From positions 6,739 to 70,738 of the forward strand of contig QHUY01000017.1 in NCBI GenBank assembly GCA_003223415.1: a stretch of DNA of 64,000 bases. The letters run 5' to 3'. Position 1 is the stretch's first letter. Each line of letters starts with the position of its first letter. This document shows, in pieces, positions 1-9,801 of this stretch. Source of the stretch: Gemmatimonadota bacterium (GTDB taxonomy: Bacteria > Gemmatimonadota > Gemmatimonadetes > Gemmatimonadales > GWC2-71-9). The notes under the pieces were generated by a model. It was not told the origin of the DNA. It searched no databases and worked only from the letters and a program-made list of their open reading frames with translations. Both the position numbers and the translations under genes were made by a program.

Positions 1-41
1 CCGGGGCCCACTCCGAAACCGCGCTGGGTTAACTTTCGGGG

Positions 42-2066
42 ATGACCTTCCAGCTCGTCGCCCCGTTCACGCCGGCGGGGGATCAACCGCGCGCGATCGA
101 GCAGCTGCTAAGCGGGCTGCGGCGCGGCGACCGCTATCAGACCCTGCTCGGCGTCACCGGCTCGGGCAAGACGATGACGATGGCGCACGTCATCGCCGCC
201 TTCGGCCGGCCCACGCTGGTCCTGTCCCACAACAAGACCCTGGCGGCCCAGCTCTACGGCGAGCTGAAGACGTTCTTCCCGAAGAACGCCGTCGAGTTCT
301 TCATCTCCTACTACGACTACTACCAGCCCGAGGCGTACGTCCCGGCCACCGATACCTACATCGCCAAGGACTCCTCCATCAACGAGGACATCGAGGCGTT
401 GCGGCTGCGCGCCACGTCGAGTCTGATGGAGCGGGACGACGTGGTGATCGTGTCCAGCGTCTCGGCGATCTACGGCCTCGGCGACCCCGAGCTGTACCGA
501 CAGCTGCTGGTCACCGTCCGCGCCGGCGAGCAGCGGGGGCGCGACGCCATCCTGGAAGACCTGGTGCGGATTCAATACACCCGCAACGACGTGAGCTTCG
601 ACCGGGGGACGTTCCGAGTCCGGGGTGACACCATCGAGATCTTTCCGGCCTACGACGAGCAGGCCGTCCGCATCGAGCTCTGGGGGGACACCGTGGAGCG
701 CGTCGCCAAAATCGATCCCCTCACCGGCGATACCATCGCCGAGCTGACCCGCTGCGCGGTCTATCCGGCGACACACTTCGTGACCGAGCGCCAGCGCATC
801 GAGCGCGCGGTGGTCGCGATTCGCGCCGAGCTGACGGAGCGCCTGGCCGAGCTGCGGGTCCAGAACAAGCTCGTCGAAGCGCAACGCCTCGAGTCCCGGA
901 CCCACTTCGACATCGATATGCTGCTCGAGGTCGGGCGCTGCACGGGGATCGAAAACTACTCGCGCCACCTCACCGGGCGCGTCCCCGGGGAGCGGCCCGC
1001 CTGCCTGCTCGACTACTTCCCGGCCGACCTGCTCTGCATCATCGACGAGTCGCACCAGACCGTGCCGCAGGTCGGCGCGATGTACGAGGGGGACCGCTCC
1101 CGCAAGCAGACGCTCGTGGAGTACGGCTTCCGGCTCCCCTCGGCGCTCGACAACCGCCCGCTCAAGTACGCAGAATTCATGCAACTCGTACCGCGGATCC
1201 TGTTCGTGTCCGCGACGCCGGGCGATGAGGAGCTGAAGCTCTCCGAGGGCGTCGTGGTGGAGCAGATCATCCGGCCCACCGGGCTGGTGGATCCGGAGGT
1301 CGAGGTCCGCCCGGTGAAGGGACAGGTCGACGACCTGCTGCACGAGATCAGGCTGCGGGAGAAGAAGAATCAGCGGGTGCTGGTCACCACCCTCACCAAG
1401 CGGATGGCGGAAGATCTGACCGACTACCTCCAGCAGCACGGGGTGCGGGTGCGCTACCTGCACTCGGAGATCGACGCCATCGAGCGGGTCGAGATCATCC
1501 GGGGCCTGCGCCTCGGGGAGTTCGATGTCCTGGTCGGCATCAACCTGCTGCGCGAGGGACTCGATTTGCCGGAGGTGTCCCTCGTTGCGGTGCTCGACGC
1601 CGACCAGGAAGGCTTCCTGCGCTCGGACCGCTCGCTGATTCAGACCGTCGGCCGCGCCGCCCGGAACCTGAGCGGCAGAGCGATCCTGTACGCGGACCGG
1701 ATGACCGGCTCGATGCAGCGAGCGCTGGAGGAGATGAACCGTCGCCGGGCTACGCAGCTGGCCTACAACACCGAGCACGATATCACGCCGCGGTCGATCG
1801 TGAAGTCGGTGGGCGACATCCGCTTCGTCACCCGCGTGGCCGACGCCCGGACCGGCCGCCGCGCCGCGGAGACCGTCGCGCGCCCGGCCGACGCCAACGA
1901 GCGCGAGGCGCTGATCCGCCTGCTCGAGTCCCAAATGCGGGCCGCCGCCGAGGAGCTGGACTTCGAGGTCGCGGCGCTGCTGCGCGACCAGCTGCTCGAG
2001 CTCAAGGCCCAAGGAGATCCGGTGCGCCATGCACCTCCGCGCGGACGAGCTCAGCCGGTACGGTGA
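42..2066 (+). CDS. uvrB: excinuclease ABC subunit B
   Basis: 674-aa ORF. Has Walker A GVTGSGKT, the [10 protein letters not shown] beta-hairpin region, helicase motifs and a C-terminal UVR coiled coil ([16 protein letters not shown]). Confidence 0.95.
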   Translation: MTFQLVAPFTPAGDQPRAIEQLLSGLRRGDRYQTLLGVTGSGKTMTMAHVIAAFGRPTLVLSHNKTLAAQLYGELKTFFPKNAVEFFISYYDYYQPEAYVPATDTYIAKDSSINEDIEALRLRATSSLMERDDVVIVSSVSAIYGLGDPELYRQLLVTVRAGEQRGRDAILEDLVRIQYTRNDVSFDRGTFRVRGDTIEIFPAYDEQAVRIELWGDTVERVAKIDPLTGDTIAELTRCAVYPATHFVTERQRIERAVVAIRAELTERLAELRVQNKLVEAQRLESRTHFDIDMLLEVGRCTGIENYSRHLTGRVPGERPACLLDYFPADLLCIIDESHQTVPQVGAMYEGDRSRKQTLVEYGFRLPSALDNRPLKYAEFMQLVPRILFVSATPGDEELKLSEGVVVEQIIRPTGLVDPEVEVRPVKGQVDDLLHEIRLREKKNQRVLVTTLTKRMAEDLTDYLQQHGVRVRYLHSEIDAIERVEIIRGLRLGEFDVLVGINLLREGLDLPEVSLVAVLDADQEGFLRSDRSLIQTVGRAARNLSGRAILYADRMTGSMQRALEEMNRRRATQLAYNTEHDITPRSIVKSVGDIRFVTRVADARTGRRAAETVARPADANEREALIRLLESQMRAAAEELDFEVAALLRDQLLELKAQGDPVRHAPPRGRAQPVR

Positions 2067-2451
2067 AACGCTGGGGCGGACGCTCCGCGCGCCGGCCGTG
2101 ATTGGACTCTCCGGCGACCTGGGCACTGGCAAGACCACCCTCGTCCAGGCGATCTGCCGCGGCCTCGGCGCGCGCGCCCTGGCGACCAGCCCCACCTACG
2201 CGCTGGTGCATCACTACGACGTCGCCCCCCCCCCCCCCGGTGGCAGCCCCGTCTACCACGTCGACTGCTACCGGCTCCGCTCCCCGGACGAGGCGGAGGA
2301 TCTCGGCTTCGAGGACATGCTGCGCGAGGGCGCCATCATCCTGGTCGAGTGGCCCGAGCGCGCCGGTCCCTGGGTGCCGCCGCTCGACCGGCACTTCAAA
2401 CTGAGCTACGGTGCCGATTCGGACTCCCGGGAGCTGGAGGAGATCCCGTGA
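2029..2451 (+). CDS. tsaE: tRNA t6A37 biosynthesis ATPase TsaE
   Basis: 140 aa. Has P-loop [19 protein letters not shown] and HVDCYRL motifs. Overlaps the uvrB 3' end by 38 nt. Contains a 14-nt C run (2225-2238) encoding PPPP. Confidence 0.85.
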   Translation: MHLRADELSRYGETLGRTLRAPAVIGLSGDLGTGKTTLVQAICRGLGARALATSPTYALVHHYDVAPPPPGGSPVYHVDCYRLRSPDEAEDLGFEDMLREGAIILVEWPERAGPWVPPLDRHFKLSYGADSDSRELEEIP

Positions 2452-2469
2452 GGAGGCCCCTGCCGGTTC

Positions 2470-2590
2470 GCGAATGCGGAATGCGGAATGCGGAATGCGG
2501 AGTGGATCGGACGGCGGTCCGGCACCAGAGCCAGCTTCGAGGATCGAACCTGGCTGTTCAATTTCGCATTCCGCACTCCGCATTCCACAT
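2470..2590. repeat. intergenic inverted-repeat element with tandem-heptamer arms (GAATGCG x4-5 / CGCATTC x3) and internal hairpins
   Basis: Left arm is 2472-2499 (four perfect GAATGCG units). Right arm is 2566-2586 (CGCATTC/CGCACTC). A central 12-bp stem (2529-2540 / 2544-2555) has one mismatch and a GGA loop. Confidence 0.8.
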
Positions 2591-2605
2591 TTGGGAGGGG
2601 CGGGG

Positions 2606-3340
2606 ATGAGCGGGCGTTGGCTGGCGATCGACACGGCGACCGACATCGCGAGCGTGGCCGTCGGGACCGGTGCCACGGTGCTGGCAGGAACCCACGCGCA
2701 AGGGGCGCGCCGCCACGCCGCCGAGATCCTGCGGCTGGTAGACTTCGTGCTCACCCGGGCAGCGGCTCGCCTCGCGGACCTGGATGGGATCGTGCTCGGC
2801 GACGGGCCCGGGAGCTTCACCGGGCTGCGGATCGGCTGGGCCACAGCCAAGGGCCTCGCCCAGGAGAAGGGCTTAGAGGTGCGCGCCGTGCCCTCGCTCC
2901 TCGCCGCGGCCGCGGGGGCCGCCGTGCGGCTCGGTGCCGTACCCATCGCGGCCTGTTTCGACGCGCTGCGGGGACAGGTGTACGGCGCCGTCTACGTGAT
3001 CCACGCCGATCGCGTGGAAACGCTCGTCGCGCCTGCGGTGGTGACCGTGACAGAGCTCGCCCGCCTGACGCCCGTGCAGCCGCAGCTCGTCGTCGGTGAC
3101 GGCGCGGTGCGCTACGCCGGAGACGTCAGCGCCTGGGTGTCGGCGGCACCGGTTCCCCTGGACCAGCTTCCACTTGCCGCCACGACGCTGCTGGCGCTGG
3201 TCGAGCGGGCGGGGGCGGCGCGACTGATCGACGACCTGGCGACGGCCGAGCCGGTCTACGGCCGCCCCGCCGAGGCCCAGGCCAGGTGGGAGGCCCGCCA
3301 CGGACGCCCGTTACCGGATCCGTCCCGCCCAGCCCGCTGA
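2606..3340 (+). CDS. tsaB: tRNA t6A37 biosynthesis protein TsaB
   Basis: Start is ATG 2606, preceded by GGGAGGGG. N-terminus is MSGRWLAIDTATDIASVAV. FTGLRIG motif present. The upstream part of the tracked ORF is a translated repeat element. Confidence 0.85.
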   Translation: MSGRWLAIDTATDIASVAVGTGATVLAGTHAQGARRHAAEILRLVDFVLTRAAARLADLDGIVLGDGPGSFTGLRIGWATAKGLAQEKGLEVRAVPSLLAAAAGAAVRLGAVPIAACFDALRGQVYGAVYVIHADRVETLVAPAVVTVTELARLTPVQPQLVVGDGAVRYAGDVSAWVSAAPVPLDQLPLAATTLLALVERAGAARLIDDLATAEPVYGRPAEAQARWEARHGRPLPDPSRPAR

Positions 3341-3341
3341 C

Positions 3342-3764
3342 GTGCCCGCGGTCTGCGCGATTGAGGGGACCGTCTTTTCGGACCCATGGTCAGCGCGCGA
3401 CTTCCGCGAGTGCTCGGCGTCGGGCGTTCCGTTTCTCATCGCCGAGGAGGACGGCGTGGTGGCCGGCTACGCCGTCGCTCACCACGCGGCCGACGAAGCC
3501 GAGATCTTGAACCTCGGTGTGGCACTCGCGCACCAGCGTCGCGGTCTGGGGCGCGCGTTGGTCGAGCGACTGATGGCCCTCCTTGCCGACCGGGGCGTGC
3601 ACGCGGTGTACCTCGAAGTGCGCGAATCGAACGCGGCCGCGCGGCGCCTGTACCAGCAACTGGGGTTTCGGACAGTGGGTCGGCGGCCGGCGTACTACCG
3701 CCACCCGGTCGAGGACGCGGTGATCTTGCGGACTGCGATTGCCGCTGAAACCCGACGCGCGTGA
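3342..3764 (+). CDS. rimI: ribosomal-protein-alanine N-acetyltransferase (GNAT)
   Basis: 140 aa. Has IEGTVFSDPWS and the acetyl-CoA motif QRRGLGRALV. Sits in the tsaE-tsaB-rimI synteny. The N-terminus looks short, so the start is uncertain. Confidence 0.8.
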   Translation: MPAVCAIEGTVFSDPWSARDFRECSASGVPFLIAEEDGVVAGYAVAHHAADEAEILNLGVALAHQRRGLGRALVERLMALLADRGVHAVYLEVRESNAAARRLYQQLGFRTVGRRPAYYRHPVEDAVILRTAIAAETRRA

Positions 3765-3790
3765 GAAGGGTACAAGTGGCGTATCTTTGA

Positions 3791-3819
3791 TTGACAGAAT
3801 GACTTGCGGGTCATATACT
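3791..3819 (+). promoter_or_regulatory. sigma70-like promoter upstream of ssb
   Basis: TTGACA (3791-3796), a 17-nt spacer, then TATACT (3814-3819). GGAGG at 3856-3860 lies before GTG 3866. Confidence 0.5.
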
Positions 3820-3865
3820 GTGGGGCATCCTTGGACCCCCACCCGCCTATCGTTCGGAGGCAGCC

Positions 3866-4345
3866 GTGAGCCGGAGTCTCAACAAAGTGATGCTGATCGG
3901 CAACTTGGGGGCCGATCCCGAGGTGCGGAGCACGAACAACGGGTCCCGGGTGGCCACCTTATCGGTGGCGACCAGCCGGCAGTGGACGGGGCAGGGCGGG
4001 GAGAAGCAGGAGAAGACCGAGTGGCACCGGGTCATCTGCTGGAACAACAAAGGGTCCGGATTGGCCGACATCGCCGAGAAGTTCCTGAAGAAAGGTGACA
4101 AGGTCTACATCGAGGGGCGGATCGAGTACCGCACCTGGGAAGACCGCGAGAAGCAAACCCGCTACACGACCGAGATTATCGCACGCGAACTGATCATGCT
4201 GTCGCCCAAGGGGAGCAGCGGCGAAGGCGCGGGAGAGTACGCGCGTGCCAAGGCCGCGGCGAAGGTGACCGCCGAGGGCAAAGCGGAGCCGCTCGACCAG
4301 TTCCCGGAGGCGCTGGATGAGGAGGACGACGATCTGCCGTTCTAA
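3866..4345 (+). CDS. ssb: single-stranded DNA-binding protein
   Basis: 159 aa. OB fold LNKVMLIGNLGADPEVR...TEWHRV. Acidic tail ends DDDLPF. Confidence 0.95.
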   Translation: MSRSLNKVMLIGNLGADPEVRSTNNGSRVATLSVATSRQWTGQGGEKQEKTEWHRVICWNNKGSGLADIAEKFLKKGDKVYIEGRIEYRTWEDREKQTRYTTEIIARELIMLSPKGSSGEGAGEYARAKAAAKVTAEGKAEPLDQFPEALDEEDDDLPF

Positions 4346-5585
4346 GCGGGGGGCGGTCCTCGCCCTCGCTGCGGTGCCGCTGCTGGTGGGGGTCCTGCGC
4401 GCGCAGGACACGACCCACGTCGACACCACCCGCGCGCAGGACACCACGCACGCCGCAGCCGCACAGACGGGACAGCTCCCGGCCACACACACGGTCTCCC
4501 GCGGGGAGACGCTCTGGTCGATCTCCCAGCTTTACTTCGCCGACCCGCTGCTCTGGCCCGAGATCTACCGGCTCAACACGTCCGTCGTCGAGGATCCGCA
4601 CTGGATCTATCCGGGCGAGGTTCTGACCTTTGCGGGCGAGGCGCCGACGGATACCGCCACGACGGTGGCGCAAGGCAAAGCCGATAGCGTCAAGGCCGAC
4701 ACGACGAAGGCGGATACGACGAAGGCGGACACTGTCGTCGCCGCTGGGCTGCCGCCGGACACGACGCAGCCGGCGCCGGTTGAACCGCCGCCGCCGCCGC
4801 CGCCGACCGCTGAGGCCTACCAGACGATCTTCGATCGGACGCGCACCCGCACCGAGCAAGTGCGCGACGTCCTGCGGGCCTACGCCAACCAGCCCTACCG
4901 GCCGGTGCGACGCGGGGAGTTTTATTCGGCGGGCTGGCTGACCGAACAGGAGCGGCTGCCCTGGGCCGCGGTGCTCGGGACCACGTCGAAGCCCGCCATT
5001 CATCGCCTCAGCGAGCGCACGACCGCCATGCAGTTCGAGGAGATTGCGATCGCACCGTCGGGGAAGGCGTCCTACCACGTCGGCGACTCGCTGCTGCTGG
5101 CGCGCATCAGCGCGCAGGTTCCCGGCTGGGGCGACCAGGTCTTGCCGATGGGCGTGGCGCGCGTGACGGCCGTGCAGCCCCGGCAGGTGCTGGCCGACGT
5201 CATCCTGGAGTTCGGCCAGGTCCGCGACGGCCAGCAGGCGCTGCCGCTGGAGCCGTTCAAGGATCCCGGCAACGTGCGGCCGGCGCCGGTCGCCCAGGGG
5301 CTCGAGGGGCACATCATCAAAGCGCGGGATCTCCACGCGCTCAGCGGCGCCCAACAGATCTTTTTCATCGATCGAGGCCGGGCCGACGGGGTCGTGCCGG
5401 GCGACGTCTTCGAAGTGTATCAGCCGGCGACCGGTGAGCTAGGGTCCCGCTCGGAGGAGGTGCGGTTGCAGCTGATGATCGTGCATACGCGCGAGCATTC
5501 GGCCTCCGGTCTCGTGATCCAGGTGACGCATCCGGACGTGGCGCCGGGGATGGCCGTGCGGCTCGTCAAGAAGATGCCGTCCTGA
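4317..5585 (+). CDS. secreted LysM domain protein
   Basis: Signal peptide ends LLVGVLRA-QD. LysM motif HTVSRGETLWSISQLYF...IYPGEVL. Low-complexity KADTT repeats and a Pro-rich linker. Confidence 0.7.
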   Translation: MRRTTICRSKRGAVLALAAVPLLVGVLRAQDTTHVDTTRAQDTTHAAAAQTGQLPATHTVSRGETLWSISQLYFADPLLWPEIYRLNTSVVEDPHWIYPGEVLTFAGEAPTDTATTVAQGKADSVKADTTKADTTKADTVVAAGLPPDTTQPAPVEPPPPPPPTAEAYQTIFDRTRTRTEQVRDVLRAYANQPYRPVRRGEFYSAGWLTEQERLPWAAVLGTTSKPAIHRLSERTTAMQFEEIAIAPSGKASYHVGDSLLLARISAQVPGWGDQVLPMGVARVTAVQPRQVLADVILEFGQVRDGQQALPLEPFKDPGNVRPAPVAQGLEGHIIKARDLHALSGAQQIFFIDRGRADGVVPGDVFEVYQPATGELGSRSEEVRLQLMIVHTREHSASGLVIQVTHPDVAPGMAVRLVKKMPS

Positions 5586-5627
5586 CCGGCCGCCGGATCC
5601 AGGTCAGCGGTCCGGCGTGGCTGGAGC

Positions 5628-6422
5628 ATGCTGTTCAACCTGCATCTGATCGCGCTGGGGCTGTACGGGGTCGCGGCGGCGCTGGCGCTGCAAGCGTTCG
5701 CGGGCGGCCGCTCGACGGCCCGTCCACTGGCGCTCGCGGTGCCGAGCGCCGGCGCGGCGTTCCACGTCGCCGGTGTGGCGCAGCTGGCCCTCGTCGGGGT
5801 CGCGCCGGCGCTGTCGATGCTCGCGCTGTTCCTCGTGCTGCTGCAACTGGTGAGCGAACGCGTCTTCCGTGCCTCGGCCGTGGCGCTGTTCACCGCCCCA
5901 CTCGCGACGGGACTCGTCGGGCTGGCGCTGCTGCTCGGGTTGGCGCCCGGCGCCGAGCCGCTCCGGGGCGGGAATGCGTGGCTCATCTCCCACATCACGC
6001 TCAGCGTCTTGGGGCTCGCGCTGCTGGCGCTCGCGTTCATCGCGGCTGCGTTGTACCTCCTCCAGTTCCGCGAGCTCAAGGCTAAGCGCTTCGGACCGGT
6101 CTTCCTCTCCTTCCCGCCGCTCGAGCGGCTGGACAGCCTCAATCGCAGCGCGCTGGTGGCGGGCTTCCCGGCGCTCACCGCCGGCGTGCTGCTGGCGGTG
6201 GGCTACACGGTGCGCTTCGCGGGCGGCATCCATGTCGACAAGGCACAGGTCGTGTGGGGCCTCTTCACCTGGCTGGTGGTCGGTGCGGCGGTCTGGCTAC
6301 GGGTCGTCCGGCACTGGGCCGGGCGGCGGGCGGCCGTCGCCAGCATCGCGGCCTTCGCGGCGGTGCTGCTGGTGTACCTCGCCCTCAAGCTCTCGGCCCC
6401 GGGGGCCGAGCGGTTTCTCTGA
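5628..6422 (+). CDS. cytochrome c assembly family (CcsA/HemX-like) membrane protein
   Basis: 264-aa polytopic membrane protein directly upstream of hemA. This resembles the hemA/hemX pairing seen in other bacteria. No heme-handling WGxxWxWD motif is clearly visible. Confidence 0.55.
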   Translation: MLFNLHLIALGLYGVAAALALQAFAGGRSTARPLALAVPSAGAAFHVAGVAQLALVGVAPALSMLALFLVLLQLVSERVFRASAVALFTAPLATGLVGLALLLGLAPGAEPLRGGNAWLISHITLSVLGLALLALAFIAAALYLLQFRELKAKRFGPVFLSFPPLERLDSLNRSALVAGFPALTAGVLLAVGYTVRFAGGIHVDKAQVVWGLFTWLVVGAAVWLRVVRHWAGRRAAVASIAAFAAVLLVYLALKLSAPGAERFL

Positions 6423-6440
6423 GGCCGGGGGGGGGAGGCG

Positions 6441-7697
6441 ATGAGCATCACTGTCGTCGGCGTCAACCATCGGACGGCCCCACTCGCAGTGCGCGAGCGG
6501 TTCGCGCACGCCCCCCATGAGGTGTCCGCGTCCCTGGCCCGGGTGCTATCCGTCGGCGCCGAGGGCGGCGTGCTGCTCTCCACCTGCAACCGCACCGAGT
6601 TCTACTTGAGCGCGGCCCAGGATGCCGCGCCGGCCGCCGTCTCGGCGCTGCTCGCCGACCGGCTCGGCACCGGCCAGCCGGCCGCCGGCTACACCTACAC
6701 GCACCGGGACCGCGCCGCGGTACGCCACCTCTACCGTGTTTCGGCGGGTCTGGACTCCATGATCCTGGGCGAATCGCAGATCCAGGGCCAGGTGCGCGAC
6801 GCCTGGGAGCTGTCGCGGGCACAGGCGGGGCCGGTGCTGCACCGCCTGTTCCAGTCGGCGCTGCTCGTGGGCTCGCGGGTCCGCAGTGAGACGACGCTGG
6901 GGGCCGGCACGGCCTCGGCGCCGTCGGCGGCCGTCGAGCTGGCCGGCAAGATCTTCGGCACCCTCAAAGGCAAAGCGGCGCTCATCCTCGGGGCGGGCGA
7001 CACCGCCGAGCTCGCCGCCACGTGTCTCCGGGCCGAAGGCGTGCAGGTCACCGTCGTCGCGAACCGCTCCATCGACCGCGCGCGGGCCGTCGCCGAGCGG
7101 CATGGCGCGTCCGCCCTGACACTGGACGACGCCTGGGAGCAGTTCGCCGCCGTGGACATCGTGCTGTGCTCGACCGCGGCGCCGCACACCGTCGTGACGT
7201 GGGCCCATGTGGCCGGCCCGATCGGTCGACGCGGCGGACGGCAGCTGTGCATCCTCGACCTCGCGGTACCGCGGGACGTGGATACGGCGGTCGGGCAGCT
7301 GGAGAACGTGTTCCTGTATGACATCGACGACCTCCAGGCCGTCGCCGCCCATGGGGCGGCCCAACGACGGGCGGAGATCCCCAAGGCGGAGGACATCGTG
7401 GAACAGGAGGTGGCCACGTTCTGGACCTGGCACGATGGGCTGGCCGTGGTGCCCGTGATCAAGGAGTTCCGCAGCCGCCTCGATGCCGTGCGGGCCGCCG
7501 AGCTCGAGCGCACCCTGAAGCACCTCGGCCACCTGTCGCTCGAGGATCGCGCCCAGATCGAGCGCTTCAGCCAGAGCCTGCTCAACAAGTTCCTCCACGA
7601 GCCCACGCGGGCGCTGAAGGCGGCGGCCGAGAACGGCCGCGGGTATGCGCTGCTCGAGGCCGTCCGGCGGCTGTTCGGCTTCGGGTCGGACGCATGA
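6441..7697 (+). CDS. hemA: glutamyl-tRNA reductase
   Basis: 418 aa. Has VGVNHRTAPLAVRE, catalytic STCNRTEFY and NADPH-binding ILGAGDTAE. Confidence 0.95.
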   Translation: MSITVVGVNHRTAPLAVRERFAHAPHEVSASLARVLSVGAEGGVLLSTCNRTEFYLSAAQDAAPAAVSALLADRLGTGQPAAGYTYTHRDRAAVRHLYRVSAGLDSMILGESQIQGQVRDAWELSRAQAGPVLHRLFQSALLVGSRVRSETTLGAGTASAPSAAVELAGKIFGTLKGKAALILGAGDTAELAATCLRAEGVQVTVVANRSIDRARAVAERHGASALTLDDAWEQFAAVDIVLCSTAAPHTVVTWAHVAGPIGRRGGRQLCILDLAVPRDVDTAVGQLENVFLYDIDDLQAVAAHGAAQRRAEIPKAEDIVEQEVATFWTWHDGLAVVPVIKEFRSRLDAVRAAELERTLKHLGHLSLEDRAQIERFSQSLLNKFLHEPTRALKAAAENGRGYALLEAVRRLFGFGSDA

Positions 7698-8638
7698 GCC
7701 GCAGGGTGCTGGTCACGGGCGGCGCCGGCTTCATCGGGTCGCACGTCGTCGACGCCCATGTGGCCGCCGGGGACGAGGTGACCGTGCTGGACGACCTGTC
7801 TTCGGGCCGGGCGGCGAATGTGCCCGCGGCAGCGCGGCTGGTGCGCGCCGATGTGCGCTCGGCGACGGCCCGGGCGCTGGTGGCCGACGGCGCCTTCACG
7901 ATCCTGAACCACCACGCGGCGCAGATGGACGTGCGGCGCTCCGTGGCCGATCCGGTGTTCGACGCGGACGTGAACGTGCTGGGACTGCTGAACCTCCTCG
8001 AGGGGGCGCGCGCGGGCGGGGTGCGGCGCGTGGTGTTCGCGTCCTCGGGGGGCACCGTCTATGGCGAAGGCGCCAGCCTGCCGATTCCGGAGACAGCCGC
8101 CAAGCTGCCGGCCTCCCCGTACGGGACCGCCAAGCTCGCCTCTGAGTATTACCTGGCGATGTTCTCGCAATTGTACGGCGTCGAAGCCGTAGCGTTGCGC
8201 TACAGCAACGTCTACGGCCCACGACAGAACCCGCACGGTGAGGCGGGGGTGGTGGCCATCTTCGGCAGCCGGCTGCTGCGCGGCGAGCCGCTGACCGTGT
8301 TCGGCGATGGGGAGCAGACGCGGGACATGGTCTTCGTGAAGGATGTCGCGGCCGCCAACCTCGTGGCCGCGACCTGCCCCCTGCCGCTCCCGCTGGACCT
8401 CGACGCGCGCGCCTACAATGTCGGGACGGCGATCGAGACATCCGTCAACCGCTTGGCGGCACTGATGGCGGAGGTGTCGGGGCGGCGCCCCGACGTCCGG
8501 CGGGCAGGGGCGCGCGCGGGCGAGCTGCGGCGCAACGCTCTCGATCCCGCCAAAGCGAAGCGCGAGCTCGGCTGGATGCCGGACACCGGCTTGCCCGATG
8601 GGCTCGCCGCCACGATCCGCTGGCTCAGGGAGGACTGA
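7694..8638 (+). CDS. NAD-dependent epimerase/dehydratase (GalE-like)
   Basis: Has VLVTGGAGFIGSH and YGTAKLASE (YxxxK). Start overlaps the hemA stop. Confidence 0.85.
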   Translation: MSRRVLVTGGAGFIGSHVVDAHVAAGDEVTVLDDLSSGRAANVPAAARLVRADVRSATARALVADGAFTILNHHAAQMDVRRSVADPVFDADVNVLGLLNLLEGARAGGVRRVVFASSGGTVYGEGASLPIPETAAKLPASPYGTAKLASEYYLAMFSQLYGVEAVALRYSNVYGPRQNPHGEAGVVAIFGSRLLRGEPLTVFGDGEQTRDMVFVKDVAAANLVAATCPLPLPLDLDARAYNVGTAIETSVNRLAALMAEVSGRRPDVRRAGARAGELRRNALDPAKAKRELGWMPDTGLPDGLAATIRWLRED

Positions 8639-8641
8639 CGC

Positions 8642-9355
8642 GTGCTGCTACAGGTCGGTCGGGCGGTGCCTACCTCGCCCTGGGAGCTGGTGCTCGCCTC
8701 CAGTCGCGAGACCCAATTCGTGCTCGCGATCCTGGTCCTGTTCTCGGTCGTCTCCTGGTATCTCATCGTCCTGAAGTGGTGGCAGTTTCGCCGCATGCGG
8801 CGGCAGGCCGACCGCTTCATGGGCGAGATCGAAAAGGCCCAGCGGCTCGAGGACGCCTACCACGCGGCCATGCGGCTGCCCTCGTCGCCCTACAACCGGC
8901 TGCTGCGCGAGGGCATCCACTTTTTCTCCGAGCTCAAGCCCGGCAAGCTGAAAGACGGCCCCCTGCAGGTGGACGAGGCGCTCACCACGACGCAGCTCGA
9001 GGCGCTGCGGATGGTCCTGGCCAAGGAGGTGGGGGCCGAACGCGACGCGGCGGCGCGGTTCATCCCCTGGCTCGCCACCTTCGGCTCCGTGAGCCCGTTG
9101 CTCGGCCTGCTGGGGACTGTGCTCGGCGTGATGGACGCATTCATCGGGATCGCCGTCGGCGGTTCGGGGAACATCGGCGCCGTCGCGCCCGGCGTGGCCG
9201 AGGCCCTGGTCACCACGGTGGCGGGGCTGGCGGTGGCCGTGCCGTCGGTGATGGCCTACAACATCTTTGTCAACCGGCTCGGCTTGTTCGCCGGTGAGCT
9301 GGAGGGCTTCGCTCAGGAGATCATCGGGACGATGGCCCGGGAAGGGAGGCTCTGA
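8642..9355 (+). CDS. tolQ: MotA/TolQ/ExbB proton channel protein
   Basis: 237 aa with three TM segments. C-terminal GLLGTVLGVM...APGVAEALVTT is typical of TolQ/ExbB. First gene of the tol-pal cluster. Confidence 0.85.
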   Translation: MLLQVGRAVPTSPWELVLASSRETQFVLAILVLFSVVSWYLIVLKWWQFRRMRRQADRFMGEIEKAQRLEDAYHAAMRLPSSPYNRLLREGIHFFSELKPGKLKDGPLQVDEALTTTQLEALRMVLAKEVGAERDAAARFIPWLATFGSVSPLLGLLGTVLGVMDAFIGIAVGGSGNIGAVAPGVAEALVTTVAGLAVAVPSVMAYNIFVNRLGLFAGELEGFAQEIIGTMAREGRL

Positions 9356-9801
9356 TGGCTGGCGGCGGGCGGGGACTGCTGGGGGGCGGCGGGCTGCGCG
9401 GGCACGGCGAGCTGCCGCTCAACGCCGACATCAACGTGACCTCGCTGGTGGACGTCGCGTTCGTGCTGCTGATCATTTTCATGATCACCGCGCCGATCAT
9501 GCAAGGCGGCGTGGACGTGCGCCTCCCTCGGGCCGAGGCGCGGCCGCTCGAGCCCAAGTCGGGATTGGTGGTCACCGTGGACCGCGACGGCCGGATCTTC
9601 CTCGACCAGTCCGCCCTCTCCTACGAGGACTTCCGAGCGACCTTCGGCGCGTTCGTGCGGAGCAAACGGCCTTCGGGGGTGTATCTGCGGGCCGACGGAC
9701 GGGTCGCCTACGGGAGTGTGGTGCAGGTCCTGGCGGTGATCCGGGCTGCGGGGGTGAACGACGTCGGGCTCGTGGCCGAGCCGGAGACGGTCAGGCCGTG
9801 A
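9355..9801 (+). CDS. tolR: ExbD/TolR biopolymer transport protein
   Basis: 148 aa. Has DINVTSLVDVAFVLLIIFMITAP. Follows tolQ. Confidence 0.85.
   Translation: MAGGGRGLLGGGGLRGHGELPLNADINVTSLVDVAFVLLIIFMITAPIMQGGVDVRLPRAEARPLEPKSGLVVTVDRDGRIFLDQSALSYEDFRATFGAFVRSKRPSGVYLRADGRVAYGSVVQVLAVIRAAGVNDVGLVAEPETVRP

Noticed and set aside
108-2195. 695-aa ORF antisense to uvrB
   Set aside because: It lies opposite a gene with unambiguous UvrB motifs. Its translation is Arg/Gly/Ala/Pro-rich with no recognisable motifs, as expected for a shadow ORF in very GC-rich DNA.
2529-2555. TTCGA-containing hairpin that superficially resembles a tRNA T-arm
   Set aside because: It has no acceptor, D or anticodon arms, and the loop is only 3 nt. 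It is the centre of the intergenic palindrome.
4676-4740. KADSVKADTTKADTTKADTV repeats in the LysM protein
   Set aside because: This is ordinary low-complexity linker coding. It has no inverted partner and no relation to the heptamer families.
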